From the IMG/VR virus record IMGVR_UViG_3300018080_000116, positions 64,001-128,000 of that record: DNA of 64,000 nucleotides; one strand, written 5' to 3'. Position numbers and translations under genes: made by a program. Within the stretch, counting starts at the first letter, position 1, and each line of letters opens with the position of its first letter. The notes under the pieces were generated by a model. The model did no database searches, had not been told where the DNA came from, and saw only the letters and a program-made list of their open reading frames with translations. The DNA comes from a virus. Shown here piece by piece: positions 1 through 9,909 of the stretch.

Positions 1-114
1 CCCTGAGTCACAGCAGTTCCCATATCATCGTCGTCTACAGCGACGGCGTAGTAGAATCGCCCCCCGGCCACGGCCTGGGTGAATACATACCACCGAGTCA
101 ATGAGGAAACAATC

Positions 115-318
115 ATGCAAGAACTGGCAATTATCGTCATGTTGTTGTGGGTGTCGATGACCGTATTTTCCATCGGCCTGTACTACCACGAGCGAGAAAG
201 AGTGCCCGTGTTGATCCTTGCCTTCATCATGCCGCCCCTGTTGATCGGCAGAGCACTCGGTAGCATGATGCAAGACTTGCATGACCTTGCGGAAATGAAG
301 AGAAGAGAACCAAGGTGA
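115..318 (+). CDS. small membrane protein
   Basis: ORF 79..318; GAGGA RBS before ATG115; two hydrophobic segments. Confidence 0.7.
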   Translation: MQELAIIVMLLWVSMTVFSIGLYYHERERVPVLILAFIMPPLLIGRALGSMMQDLHDLAEMKRREPR

Positions 319-337
319 AGCCCGCAGAGGAATAATA

Positions 338-751
338 ATGTTCAGAACCAGACAAGAGTTTGACGACGCCAACGCAGCCGCCAGGATCATCGAACTGGAT
401 GGGGTGGGAGGCTATCACACGTGCTGCCAGCGATTCGGTGAAGCAGTGGCCAACGCCCTCTTGACGCTGTACCTAAGACGAGGCGAAACAAGCCCGCATG
501 AGTCAGACAGGAAACTCGCCGTCGCCAAAGTGTTGAAAGAACACGGCCTCGTTGTGCCACGTACCGACGACGAGCTATACAAAGTCATCGAAGAACAAAC
601 CAGGGGCCTGGGCAACCTGAACCGAGCGGGTATGTCCGCAGGTGAACAAGCACTGTTCGATGCCCTCACAACCATCCAGGTCGCCGCCGCAACCCGTGGA
701 GATCGGATTACAACCGTGCCGCAGATCGCACGAGTGGAGAGATCAAAATGA
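338..751 (+). CDS. hypothetical protein
   Basis: GAGGA RBS; ATGA overlap with next gene. Confidence 0.75.
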   Translation: MFRTRQEFDDANAAARIIELDGVGGYHTCCQRFGEAVANALLTLYLRRGETSPHESDRKLAVAKVLKEHGLVVPRTDDELYKVIEEQTRGLGNLNRAGMSAGEQALFDALTTIQVAAATRGDRITTVPQIARVERSK

Positions 752-1089
752 ACCCGTTTGCAGTGTTCCTCGTCGCCATCATCGTAGGCACCCTGGCCCT
801 CATACTCACCATCGTGTCAATGGGCTACAGGAGCCTAAGACTTGAGATCAAACAGCGAACGTACAAATACGTCATGGCACACACCGATCCCAAGTGTGAT
901 ATTGCCAGCCACCAGTTTGATCTGATCGACGGCATGAGTGACTTCGAGCGATTGTCCTTCCTCGAACAAATGGCCAAGTTCGAGGGGGCCAAAAGTGACA
1001 AGCCACCTAAGACGTTCAATGACATACCAGCCGCCAGTGCAAATGCAATGGTGCTCGGTGTACTCGAAGAAAGAAAGGCAACAGCATGA
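748..1089 (+). CDS. hypothetical protein, N-terminal TM anchor
   Basis: FAVFLVAIIVGTLALILTIV; coupled to neighbours. Confidence 0.75.
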   Translation: MNPFAVFLVAIIVGTLALILTIVSMGYRSLRLEIKQRTYKYVMAHTDPKCDIASHQFDLIDGMSDFERLSFLEQMAKFEGAKSDKPPKTFNDIPAASANAMVLGVLEERKATA

Positions 1090-1703
1090 GCGACATCATT
1101 TGGAAAACCTATTCTCCCGAATTCAGTGAAAAACCGCATTGGCGTGCGATGTATGACGGTCGCCGTGAAATGATCGTCTGCCAACTTGCCGAAGACCAAT
1201 ACTACGCCGAGGTCGATGGCTGCGACTGTAGCAACCACAAGACCCTAGAAGAAGCACAAGCCGCCTGTATCAAACGAGCCAGCAGGAGGGTCCACGTTAA
1301 GGCCACCACCACCGACACACCCACAACCGAAGAACAATACGCCAGTGGTTGGGGCAATAATGCACGTGAAACCACCGTCACTGGTGACGTGAGACAAATC
1401 ACCATCGAGGTCGATGAAGACAATCGGTTCGGTATCACCGTTGACGATGGGCGCATTATCCTCACCACCTATGGCCGAGCACTGTCCATGCTTGTGCCAC
1501 AAAACCTCGTCATGGAGACCGACCAGAGACAGTTCCAAAGGATGCGTAACAGCGTCCAACACCAGGATGATATGATGGCACGCTTGTGTGCCGACCTGGG
1601 TGAAAAGGAAACCTGGAAACGTATCATGGACCAGGACGATGATCTGCGGTTCAGTGCCGCCCTCGTCCAAGTTTACCGCAACACCTACGGAGAAGATGAA
1701 TGA
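1086..1703 (+). CDS. hypothetical protein
   Basis: 205-aa ORF with ATGA overlaps. Confidence 0.75.
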   Translation: MSDIIWKTYSPEFSEKPHWRAMYDGRREMIVCQLAEDQYYAEVDGCDCSNHKTLEEAQAACIKRASRRVHVKATTTDTPTTEEQYASGWGNNARETTVTGDVRQITIEVDEDNRFGITVDDGRIILTTYGRALSMLVPQNLVMETDQRQFQRMRNSVQHQDDMMARLCADLGEKETWKRIMDQDDDLRFSAALVQVYRNTYGEDE

Positions 1704-2248
1704 ACAATCGAGATGAAGCCCTGCGACAAGGACAGCGAGTCCAAGACGCCCTCGGTCAAATGATAACCACCACCGAAGAGACTATCACTCGCATGAGACA
1801 AAAGTGTGGTGAAGGGCTTGGTAGTGAAGATGCGTCCACACTCGCCATCATCCTCGGCAACCAAACCACCACGATGCTGGCGCTCAGCCAACTCAACATC
1901 ATGGTGATGATGCTGCTGCAAGGCCCGCAAGAGGAAGATTGTGCGGCCAAACCCTTCGACTTCAACGAGGCCGTCCAAGAACAAATGCGCAACATGGGCA
2001 GCGAAACAGCCACCGTGGGACCGTTGGGAAGCAACCAACAAACGCATCCCTTCTCTTCCATGCTCGCCTGTGTCGATCAACTCAGCGACGAAGCAGCCAC
2101 CCTTCTCATGGAAGCAGGCCCGCACCTATCTGAAATCCCCGTAGACGTGAACCGCCGACTGCTGCCGCCCAACACCCAGGAAGGCGACGTGCTCAAGGTG
2201 ACATTCACACAAGACCCGGAAGAAAAAGCCCGAAGACTAGGACGATGA
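1700..2248 (+). CDS. protein with C-terminal DUF3006-like domain
   Basis: VDQLSDEAATLL...LLPPNTQEGDVLKVTFTQDPEE resembles DUF3006 pattern. Confidence 0.55.
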   Translation: MNNRDEALRQGQRVQDALGQMITTTEETITRMRQKCGEGLGSEDASTLAIILGNQTTTMLALSQLNIMVMMLLQGPQEEDCAAKPFDFNEAVQEQMRNMGSETATVGPLGSNQQTHPFSSMLACVDQLSDEAATLLMEAGPHLSEIPVDVNRRLLPPNTQEGDVLKVTFTQDPEEKARRLGR

Positions 2249-2463
2249 CCCAAGCATACCGATACAGATATGCCACGAGAAAACGACGACCACCCAAAGA
2301 TCGCCTGGGACGTGAGATCAAAGCAGGCGACATGGTGAGCGTCCAACAAGCCGGTACGTTCGAGGTCAGAGAACAAGACGGCGAACTGGTCTTCGAGCCC
2401 TATAACCGTGGACCCGAACTGGTCAGACACTATTTTATGAACGACTTGGAGATCGTCCAATGA
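2245..2463 (+). CDS. YopX-like C-terminal domain protein
   Basis: KDRLGREIKAGDMV resembles YopX DKNGKEIYEGDIV motif. Confidence 0.45.
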   Translation: MTQAYRYRYATRKRRPPKDRLGREIKAGDMVSVQQAGTFEVREQDGELVFEPYNRGPELVRHYFMNDLEIVQ

Positions 2464-2777
2464 AACTCAGCGACGACGGCAACTTCATCCTCCTGGGGGA
2501 GTACACCTACGATCCATTCATCAAGCCAGAGGAATGGAAACAAATCGTAGCCCAAGCCAAAGAACAATTCCCCGGTGTGGATTACATCCTGTTCAAGTGC
2601 CCCATGTACCTCGGCCTCGCCTCAATCTCCGAAACCCTGGACTTCATGGGCCTCACGCAAGAAATGATGGCACGTGGCGTGTTCGTCATGGGGTCCAACA
2701 AGAAAGTCAACATTATGACCAACTCCCAAATGGGTGAACTGGTCCAACTAATCCAAGACAACGACATGCTTACGTGA
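2460..2777 (+). CDS. hypothetical protein
   Basis: ATGA overlap, operon packing. Confidence 0.7.
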   Translation: MKLSDDGNFILLGEYTYDPFIKPEEWKQIVAQAKEQFPGVDYILFKCPMYLGLASISETLDFMGLTQEMMARGVFVMGSNKKVNIMTNSQMGELVQLIQDNDMLT

Positions 2778-2839
2778 TCGACACGTCCGCAGGACGTGTC
2801 GATCAAAACCCGTTTCATCGACATATAGGAGCAACCCAA

Positions 2840-3175
2840 ATGAGATACCTACCACTCGCCATCTGCCTCGCCCTTATGGTCGTCGCCTGCGTCATATTCA
2901 ATGGTGCCCTACTCCTGATCGGCGGCATCGGTGCGGCAGCCTGTGCGACCTACCTTCACGAGCACAAGATCGAATACAGCCCCGTGGTGATCGTAGCACG
3001 GCCCCTAACGCCCGGACAGCCGAACGTAGCAGTGGCACGTCCAATCACGCCAGGAGAGCCACACGTGGCCTCTGCGAGGCCCCTGAGCGTGGAGGAAGAG
3101 GTCGCCATGACAATCCACCGACCCACCGGACAACATGGCCGCAAGCCCCCAAGGAATGGAAGGTTTGACGCATGA
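2840..3175 (+). CDS. membrane protein with three ARP[LI][TS] repeats
   Basis: AGGAG RBS before ATG2840; two TM segments; VARPLTPGQP/VARPITPGEP/SARPLS. Confidence 0.7.
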   Translation: MRYLPLAICLALMVVACVIFNGALLLIGGIGAAACATYLHEHKIEYSPVVIVARPLTPGQPNVAVARPITPGEPHVASARPLSVEEEVAMTIHRPTGQHGRKPPRNGRFDA

Positions 3176-3303
3176 GCCAAGTCATCGGTGCCACCATCCT
3201 ACTTGTTGTCTGCACACTGGCCCTCTTCGTCTGTGTGTGGGGATGGTACAGATTGCTCAAGAGCATGTTCGGAGAAGACGACAATGATCCTGGGGCCACT
3301 TGA
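3172..3303 (+). CDS. 43-aa single-TM protein (not in ORF track)
   Basis: MSQVIGATILLVVCTLALFVCVWGWYRLLKSMFGEDDNDPGAT; ATGA overlap. Confidence 0.55.
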   Translation: MSQVIGATILLVVCTLALFVCVWGWYRLLKSMFGEDDNDPGAT

Positions 3304-3469
3304 GTCAAGCGTGCTCGGCCTCCTGTCCCTACACTCAGGATGGACCGCCGAACTACTGGCACAAGAGATTGAAAGGCCAACGTCCCAGGTCCACAAAATA
3401 ATTTTGAGACTGCAAGACAAGGGCCTGATCGGAGAGAACTGGCAACCTACGAAACGAGGGAGGGACTAA
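3284..3469 (+). CDS. small winged-HTH-like protein
   Basis: TAELLAQEIERPTSQVHKIILRLQDKGLI pattern. Confidence 0.55.
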   Translation: MILGPLESSVLGLLSLHSGWTAELLAQEIERPTSQVHKIILRLQDKGLIGENWQPTKRGRD

Positions 3470-3470
3470 C

Positions 3471-3773
3471 GTGGCTAAGGTATTCTGTGAATGTAACTCG
3501 ACATCGTGCTTCTGTCAGGTCGAAATACCCGACAAAGACTACCTGAAAATAGTCAACGCACGCCTTGTTGTGATTGCGGAGAACTGTAGTCACGGTCCCG
3601 ATCCAACCGATACCCTGGTAGAGCGCCACGATCAATTCAGCACCTACAGGGAAATGGACTCGCCACCATCCCAGCGAAGGGAAGAACCCCATATAACGAA
3701 ACGATGCTACGTGTGTGATGCGTCCATCGACTACAGCAGCAACCGATGCCCCCGATGTAATGCGAGAGTGTAA
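3471..3773 (+). CDS. Cys-rich zinc-ribbon protein
   Basis: CECNSTSC and CYVC..CPRC; GGAG RBS, GTG start. Confidence 0.65.
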   Translation: MAKVFCECNSTSCFCQVEIPDKDYLKIVNARLVVIAENCSHGPDPTDTLVERHDQFSTYREMDSPPSQRREEPHITKRCYVCDASIDYSSNRCPRCNARV

Positions 3774-4111
3774 TGCTTAACCAAGAACAAGTCCAAGCCC
3801 TGATCGTATGCCGCCTACTGGCAACGGAAGGCACCTGCAACAGCTTCCATATCGGTCACGTTGAGGGACAACTACGTGCATTGGCCGCAGTCCTCAACGA
3901 CGGCCAGCCCGCCGCACCACAATGCGGCCATGATCTTGCTGAGTACCTCGCCGAGGTAGGCATACCCTACACCCTCGACGATAAACAAAACATTCTGTGG
4001 GACGAACAGTGGATGCAAGACCACTGCTTCACCGCCGAACCCAACCCCATTAAACGAGATGACGTGCCACCACTGGTTTGGAAACACCCCTTTATGAAGA
4101 GAGGTTGGTAA
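3773..4111 (+). CDS. hypothetical protein
   Basis: TAATG overlaps at both ends. Confidence 0.7.
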   Translation: MLNQEQVQALIVCRLLATEGTCNSFHIGHVEGQLRALAAVLNDGQPAAPQCGHDLAEYLAEVGIPYTLDDKQNILWDEQWMQDHCFTAEPNPIKRDDVPPLVWKHPFMKRGW

Positions 4112-4464
4112 TGAGCAACGAAACACTCGCCGACCGTAAGGCCACACTCGAACGTATCAGTGGTCTCACCGTCACCATACGCACTGAGAAGAACCAGCGT
4201 GTCTTCTCCTTCGCCCGGCCCGAGACACCACACCTGCATGTCAAGGAAGCCTGGACCTACCCCAAAGCCAAGTGCTTCGCCGAAGGTGTGCGAGTGGGGC
4301 GTGATCTAGGGGCCATGCAAGGCATGAACAAAGCCATCGCCATCGCCGAGCATCTAAGGGACAACCCTGACATCGCCGAGGCAGCCGCACGAGCACACGG
4401 CCTCCAACCACCAGAAGACACCGGAGCTATAAGAACTAGGATCGAGTGGGGAGATCAATCCTGA
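4111..4464 (+). CDS. hypothetical protein
   Basis: TAATG overlap start at 4111. Confidence 0.7.
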   Translation: MSNETLADRKATLERISGLTVTIRTEKNQRVFSFARPETPHLHVKEAWTYPKAKCFAEGVRVGRDLGAMQGMNKAIAIAEHLRDNPDIAEAAARAHGLQPPEDTGAIRTRIEWGDQS

Positions 4465-4503
4465 GAGATATATCCTGCCAGGATATATCCTATGGATGTA
4501 TCC
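4452..4503. promoter_or_regulatory. array of GGATRYATCC palindromic boxes (4 copies, 13-15 bp period)
   Basis: AGATCAATCC 4452, AGATATATCC 4466, GGATATATCC 4481, GGATGTATCC 4494. Confidence 0.65.
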
Positions 4504-4553
4504 TATGATGCACACAACCAAGCCCCACAACCCCCAACCAGGAGATCATAGTT

Positions 4554-5009
4554 GTGCAAGTACGAGTGAATAACAACGTCATCACCGTGCCCGAAGGGTC
4601 AAACGTCAACGTCATCAACAACCAAGTCTTCGTCAACGGCAAACCGTGGCTCGATACAGACCAAACAAAAGCCGCCCTCAATGATGGCGTACTCAAGGTC
4701 GTCGTCGAAGGGAACGCCCTCAACGTAGCTTGTGACTGTGCCCTTGAGGTCCAGGGTGACGTACAAGGCGACGTAAAGGCAGAAGGCAGCGTCAGGGTCG
4801 AAGGAAACGTAGGGCGCAACGTAGAGGCCGTTGGGAGCGTCCGTTGCGGTGGCGTGACCGGCTACGTGAAGTCAGATGGCACTGTCAACTGCGACAACGT
4901 GGGCGGCAACGTAGAAGCCGGTGGTAGCATCAAGGCTAATGACATCCAGGGCAATGCCAAAGCAGGTGGCAGCGTTAAGGCCAATCGCATCGGCAGCGCT
5001 TCCCTCTAA
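4554..5009 (+). CDS. bactofilin-like / polymer-forming beta-helix protein
   Basis: AGGAG RBS, GTG start; repeated V.G.V.A.GSV units. Confidence 0.6.
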   Translation: MQVRVNNNVITVPEGSNVNVINNQVFVNGKPWLDTDQTKAALNDGVLKVVVEGNALNVACDCALEVQGDVQGDVKAEGSVRVEGNVGRNVEAVGSVRCGGVTGYVKSDGTVNCDNVGGNVEAGGSIKANDIQGNAKAGGSVKANRIGSASL

Positions 5010-5095
5010 GGAAACGTCACCACTTAATAACAACCGAGCAAGCCCCGCAAAGCGTTACTACCGGACCATAATAAACCTCATAACAAAGCAGCCTC

Positions 5096-5302
5096 ATGGC
5101 CATCTCTCCCAACGAAATACTCAACAGGCTAATAGGTGACCTGAACGAAGCCCACGATCAATTACTACCAGATGGTAGACAACGTGACTTCGCACGAGCA
5201 CAAGAGGCAAGAGAGACCATCCAGCAGGCACTCAAGAAAGCCAGGAACCTCCAACGCTGCCTCCCTCTCAAACAGTTCGACCCCAATGACCTGGAAGACT
5301 AA
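5096..5302 (+). CDS. hypothetical protein
   Basis: last gene of rightward block. Confidence 0.6.
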   Translation: MAISPNEILNRLIGDLNEAHDQLLPDGRQRDFARAQEARETIQQALKKARNLQRCLPLKQFDPNDLED

Positions 5303-5349
5303 ACACCATCCAGGGCGTTATTAGGACTGGTGGTGATGACATAGGACAA

Positions 5350-5889
5350 GCCCCACTCGCCGCAGGCGAGTGGGGCAGCGTCCATCTACTCCCAACCACC
5401 ATTTCTAAAACAAAACACCCCTTAATTCACATTCTTATTGTCTCATCAATCAAGCCAAAGTGGGATGGCTGCCCACCTGGGGCCTGAAAGGCTCTAGGAT
5501 CGTGGGAGAGAAGCCCAGATTGGATAAAAACATGGGTTTCAAGCCACAACCCCTTCTCACCGGTTAAGTCCTTGTTGGGACTAGGGCAGGACTAAGGTTA
5601 TTTTGCAGCAGCCATTTATGATCTGAATGGTAGTCCCTGCGCCCTGTTCTACATGATGTTCAACAGACCCGAGCCGAGGGGCGGCGACCGCATGTTCAAC
5701 ACCGGATCGGAATATAAACATTAAGATTCGAGCGGACATAACCCACTCGCCACAGGCGAGTGGGTTTCTTTTAACTTTAACACTATGAGACGCCGCCCAC
5801 CGATTATAAGTCTTATAACTGTCTCATAACTGTTGTTGAACATATTCCAGGCAACGTTATAAGACTCACTCGCCTGCGGCGAGTGAGTC
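5350..5889. repeat. three copies of CACTCGCC-N3-GGCGAGTG hairpin (5350-5376, 5740-5766, 5863-5889)
   Basis: 12-bp perfect stems; conserved core; covarying outer arms; third copy inverted. Confidence 0.85.
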
Positions 5890-6224
5890 ATGTCCTACAC
5901 CACGAGCACCGATTATATTGAAACTAATTCGACGGCGGGCCTCGGCTATAATGCAATGATGTTGCATATCAGCCGACAGGTGTAAGTCCACCAAGCGTGC
6001 TCCGGGCGTAGCCCGGAGCACGCAGTAGCATGTCCAACACCCTTGGAATCTTATCCAACAAGCACAAAACTTTAATTGAAATGATTCCAAACAAGTCTTT
6101 AAGAGTTGCGGGCCGCATGTCGAACAGAGGCGACGGCGAGGCGGCTTGATCGCTTGGTGTTGAGCGGGAGTTGACTGTCCCACTGCGAAGCAGTGGGACA
6201 GTCAGTCGGCTTGTGCGACGATGT

Positions 6225-6382
6225 GCCGCCCCTATACAACTGGTCTTGTGGATTTTGAGATTTATTATCCGATTTTTGAATTTGGATTTTTGGATTTGCG
6301 GCCTGCGATTTGTTGGACAAGTACAGATGTATGACACACATTGGCGAAACCTACGACAAGATCAGTTGTATATGGGGGCGGC
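6225..6382. repeat. ~25-bp inverted repeat ACAAGAYCAGTTGTATA(T)GGGG(G)CGGC flanking a GATTT-rich tract; divergent promoter-like pair
   Basis: 6225-6249 (reverse) vs 6356-6382 (forward). Confidence 0.7.
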
Positions 6383-6438
6383 AGGCCGGGCTCCTGGCGG
6401 CTGCGCCGCCAGGAGCTAGAATAAATTTTAGAATTCAG

Positions 6439-6473
6439 CGAACCCTTTCGGCTGAGCCGTGTATAAGGGGGCG
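6439..6473 (+). promoter_or_regulatory. early promoter motif copy 1
   Basis: CGAACC-N17-TATAAGGGGGCG. Confidence 0.8.
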
Positions 6474-6567
6474 GACCCGAGGTCATAGTCGGGTCCGGGC
6501 CGTCTGCCTGTCGGCCTGCAAAGGGTGCGAACCCCAACAGGCCCCGTTTTCACCCAAGGAGATCGAG

Positions 6568-6843
6568 ATGAGCGACACGAAGACCGCCGTCCGCAATTGG
6601 GACGGCTACGACCATGTTGGTCAGATCATGGCCTACGAGCAGGGCGATCTGGACGACGATCAGGCGATCCGCTTGATCCAGTACCTCGTGGACACCGGTT
6701 TGGCCTGGAGCCTCCAGGGTTCCTATGGCAGGATGGCCCAGAGGATGATCCAGGTGGGCCTCGTCGCCCCTCGGCCCAACCTCGCCCCGCTGTACGGCAG
6801 CGTGGAAGAGTACGTCGAGGACAACGAGTTTCAGCGAGGCTAA
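6568..6843 (+). CDS. conserved phage hypothetical protein
   Basis: AAGGAG RBS; IMAYEQG.L...IQYLVDTGLAWSLQGSYGR motif. Confidence 0.75.
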   Translation: MSDTKTAVRNWDGYDHVGQIMAYEQGDLDDDQAIRLIQYLVDTGLAWSLQGSYGRMAQRMIQVGLVAPRPNLAPLYGSVEEYVEDNEFQRG

Positions 6844-6855
6844 GACGATCAGCAG

Positions 6856-6883
6856 GCCCCTCCCCCGCTGGCGGGGGAGGGGC
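6856..6883. terminator. GC-rich stem-loop between modules
   Basis: 13-bp stem GCCCCTCCCCCGC/GCGGGGGAGGGGC; A-tract rather than T-tract follows. Confidence 0.5.
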
Positions 6884-6895
6884 AGGAAAAAAGAC

Positions 6896-6930
6896 CGAAC
6901 CTTTTCTGTGGAACTGTGTATAAGGGGGCG
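6896..6930 (+). promoter_or_regulatory. early promoter motif copy 2
   Basis: CGAACC-N17-TATAAGGGGGCG. Confidence 0.8.
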
Positions 6931-7056
6931 AACCGAGTATTAGTGCCGTGGGGAGTTCACTTCGGGTCGTGTGCCCGTTGGAGCGTTGCGGCTAGTTCGA
7001 CAGGTTTCGAGGCACCTTCTGGCCTGTCATCGCACCTATCCTGAAAGGATGGACCG

Positions 7057-7986
7057 ATGGCAGACCGTACCTACACTCTGACGTTCAATTCCCTGACCCT
7101 GGATACCACGAACCTCCGCATGGACAAGCGAGGGGGTCAGGAGGTCATCGACTACTTCTTCCTCGATGACACGTACACGATCCAGGACGACGAGATCGTC
7201 GATGTCGCCACCTTCCGCAGGTTGCTGGAAGAGGGTGACGAGACGACAATCGTGGAGATCGACGGCGACCGGACGGTGTTGAAGGTCGAGATCGACCTGT
7301 ACCCGATCCACAAGCCCGATCCGCCGACGCTGGCGTGCATGAAGACGCACATGGACGGTGCCCACTGCGGTCTCGGCGACTGGTATGACGAGATCGAGCA
7401 GGGCATCCAGGAGGCGCTGAACCAGGGTCCGGAGCACGAGTGGACGACTGGTTGGTATGCCAGCAAGAAAGAGATCGCTTCCGCCCGGATCACCAATGCC
7501 GAGGGTGGCATCCGGATCGAGGTCTCGGTCTCTGACGACTTCGACACTCCCGGCATGGGCGAGCGAGTCATTCAGCACACCACCGACCTGGAGACGATCC
7601 GGACGGCGATCTACGAAGCGTGGGAGGGTGCAGAGGACGACCAAAAGGACAATCGTGCCTATGCAGGCTACAGCATCCTCACCGAGGTCGATCTGGCTGA
7701 ACATTGGAAGGGGTGCAACGTGTTCCCCGAGCCCAAGGGCAAGGGGCAGGTCTGCATTGACTACTACATCGCTTGTGTGAGTCCGTTTGACGAAGAGTTC
7801 CCGCCCGGCGACAATTATCACGAGTGGGGGTTCCAGGGCGGCAGCGACGACGTACCCAAGCACGTGAGGGACCAGCTTGCCGAATGGGCCGAGCGTCACA
7901 AATATGGTGATGCCGAGGGCGAGTCTCTGACCGTCGAAGGGTACACGATCAAACCCTGGGACGAAAATAAAATTGGAAAAGACTGA
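7057..7986 (+). CDS. acidic hypothetical early protein
   Basis: 309-aa ORF; AAGGA RBS; downstream of promoter. Confidence 0.8.
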   Translation: MADRTYTLTFNSLTLDTTNLRMDKRGGQEVIDYFFLDDTYTIQDDEIVDVATFRRLLEEGDETTIVEIDGDRTVLKVEIDLYPIHKPDPPTLACMKTHMDGAHCGLGDWYDEIEQGIQEALNQGPEHEWTTGWYASKKEIASARITNAEGGIRIEVSVSDDFDTPGMGERVIQHTTDLETIRTAIYEAWEGAEDDQKDNRAYAGYSILTEVDLAEHWKGCNVFPEPKGKGQVCIDYYIACVSPFDEEFPPGDNYHEWGFQGGSDDVPKHVRDQLAEWAERHKYGDAEGESLTVEGYTIKPWDENKIGKD

Positions 7987-8018
7987 ACCTTTTAAGAGGG
8001 TCGGTGTATAAGGGGGCG
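7984..8018 (+). promoter_or_regulatory. early promoter motif copy 3
   Basis: TGAACC-N17-TATAAGGGGGCG. Confidence 0.75.
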
Positions 8019-8058
8019 ACGGCAACATTGCCGTCGCCCCTATCCGAAGGAGAACCCC

Positions 8059-8535
8059 ATGAGCGACCTTTATCGACGCCGGTTGGAAGCACGAGTCAAG
8101 GCAGTCAACCGAGCCCACGCCGAGGCCAATCGCCTGTGTGCCCTGTTTCGAGCCCATTTCACCGATCTGGTGGGCAAGAAGATTCTGACCGTTGACGGCA
8201 ACTTCATGGCCCGAGTCAAGCAGGCGATGCCCGAATTGCCCCATACGGACGGCCTGATGGTGTATCGCTACCGCAGCGAGTATTCTCTGACGTTCGTGGT
8301 CAAGACGAACGAGATGATCGAGGGCGAGCACTCCTGCCTGTACTATGAAGCGTCGTTCGACGTGGGCAACCTGGACGGCCAGAACCTCAAAGAGATCGAC
8401 CAGCGCCCGTGTGAGTACCGGACGGACTTCACGGCGGAAGAGATCGCCGACCTGCGAGCGGATTACCAGCAGAAGCAGAAGATCGCCGACGCTGCCAAAT
8501 CGGCCTTGTACCCCTTTGGCGAGCACGACAGATAA
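8059..8535 (+). CDS. hypothetical early protein
   Basis: AAGGAG RBS. Confidence 0.8.
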   Translation: MSDLYRRRLEARVKAVNRAHAEANRLCALFRAHFTDLVGKKILTVDGNFMARVKQAMPELPHTDGLMVYRYRSEYSLTFVVKTNEMIEGEHSCLYYEASFDVGNLDGQNLKEIDQRPCEYRTDFTAEEIADLRADYQQKQKIADAAKSALYPFGEHDR

Positions 8536-8549
8536 AATTCAGAATTGAC

Positions 8550-8585
8550 CGAACCCTTTGCGGCTGAGCCGTGTATAAGGGGGCG
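8550..8585 (+). promoter_or_regulatory. early promoter motif copy 4
   Basis: CGAACC-N18-TATAAGGGGGCG; spacer nearly identical to copy 1. Confidence 0.8.
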
Positions 8586-8685
8586 AACCTGGGAGGCAAC
8601 AAACGGCTGGCGGGTAGATGTGCCCTTCGCATCCTTAGAAAAGCCAGCGGCCTCCCACCTTTCTGTCACTCAGTTGGAGAACCCC

Positions 8686-9687
8686 ATGTCGTATCACGAA
8701 GCCACCCAAGCGTTGGAACGTTGCCTGCTCGACCGTCGTCTGGTCGGCAGCAACCAGTACGTTGTGTCCAGCAGCACGCTGGAACCGGATGGACGCCGCC
8801 GCAAGGCGCTGATCCGCCGCCTTCTCAAGGAAGGCATGATGACCGCCCACGAGCAGGGTATGCTCGATGCCTTCGATCCCACCGACAAGGTGTTGACCGG
8901 CCTGACGCCGGATGTCGTGGACTTCAAGGCCAAGTGGGAAGAGGGTCGTCGTGACCGTGAGGTCCGCTACTACGCTCGTGACCGCTGGTTCATCCGGTTC
9001 GAGGAACTGAGCTACGCCGAGCGGCTGGGCATCCTCGATCTGGCAGGTGAGATGGGGGTCCGCTTCTACGTCGTGGATGGCACGCCGCTGAACTACTCGG
9101 CGAGCCACTATGCCGACGAGCCCGGCATCCAAGAGGATCGAGGCTCGTGCGAGTGGCACGGCCCGTTTGCGACCCTGGATCAGGCTCAGGAGCAGCGGTC
9201 GAAGTGCTACGCTCGCAGCAGTGGTATGCGGTGCGGCTACGAGATTGTGTTCGACACCGAGGAACTGGAAGCCCACATCGACGAAGCCTGCTTCGAGGAA
9301 CGGTTCCAGGAATACTACCCGAAGCTCTTCGCCTGGGCGCTGGTCAAGTGCGGCATCCTGTCCGAAGACGAGGCATACGAGACGTACCAGCAGGGCGACG
9401 AGACCAAGAAGCGCCCGCTGGTGACCGTCGCCGATGGGCACGGTCTCATCATCGGCAACCGAGCCAACGTGTCGGCCAAGCCCGACCAGTGGCAGGCCGA
9501 TGTCACCAAGGGCATCGACCGCCTGATCGACCAGATCGCCCAGGCCCAGGCCAAGCTGGAACTGTATCGCAAGATCGAGAAGGGGCTGGCGGCATACGTC
9601 GGTGGGTTCGCACAGTTCCTCGAAGACTACAAGGGACACCTGCGGACGGCCTTGCAGCAGGAAGACAACGAAGCCGAAGCAGCCTGA
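8686..9687 (+). CDS. hypothetical early protein
   Basis: GGAG RBS before ATG8686; C-terminal coiled coil. Confidence 0.8.
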   Translation: MSYHEATQALERCLLDRRLVGSNQYVVSSSTLEPDGRRRKALIRRLLKEGMMTAHEQGMLDAFDPTDKVLTGLTPDVVDFKAKWEEGRRDREVRYYARDRWFIRFEELSYAERLGILDLAGEMGVRFYVVDGTPLNYSASHYADEPGIQEDRGSCEWHGPFATLDQAQEQRSKCYARSSGMRCGYEIVFDTEELEAHIDEACFEERFQEYYPKLFAWALVKCGILSEDEAYETYQQGDETKKRPLVTVADGHGLIIGNRANVSAKPDQWQADVTKGIDRLIDQIAQAQAKLELYRKIEKGLAAYVGGFAQFLEDYKGHLRTALQQEDNEAEAA

Positions 9688-9705
9688 TTGGGGAGTTGCA
9701 ACCCT

Positions 9706-9738
9706 GAGCCCCCGGCCCTTGGGCCGGGGGCTCCTTCT
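9706..9738 (+). terminator. stem-loop terminator
   Basis: GAGCCCCCGGCCC/GGGCCGGGGGCTC then CTTCT. Confidence 0.55.
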
Positions 9739-9768
9739 AAGTTCGGATGTATAACGGAGCCCCATACC

Positions 9769-9909
9769 ATGACAGCCAACAGGTTCAACGCCCTTTGTTG
9801 CGAAGCCCTAGTCCACCCGGCGATTGCTCTTGAGAACGAAGAGATCGTCGAGGCATTGCGGCAGAGGAATGACGCCAGGGTCGAGGCCCTGTTGCGAGAG
9901 GAATTCTAA
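9769..9909 (+). CDS. small hypothetical protein
   Basis: GGAG RBS; TAATG overlap. Confidence 0.6.
   Translation: MTANRFNALCCEALVHPAIALENEEIVEALRQRNDARVEALLREEF

Noticed and set aside
5866-6419. Short ORFs in the hairpin region
   Set aside because: No RBS, low-complexity translations, and they overlap the repeats and hairpins.
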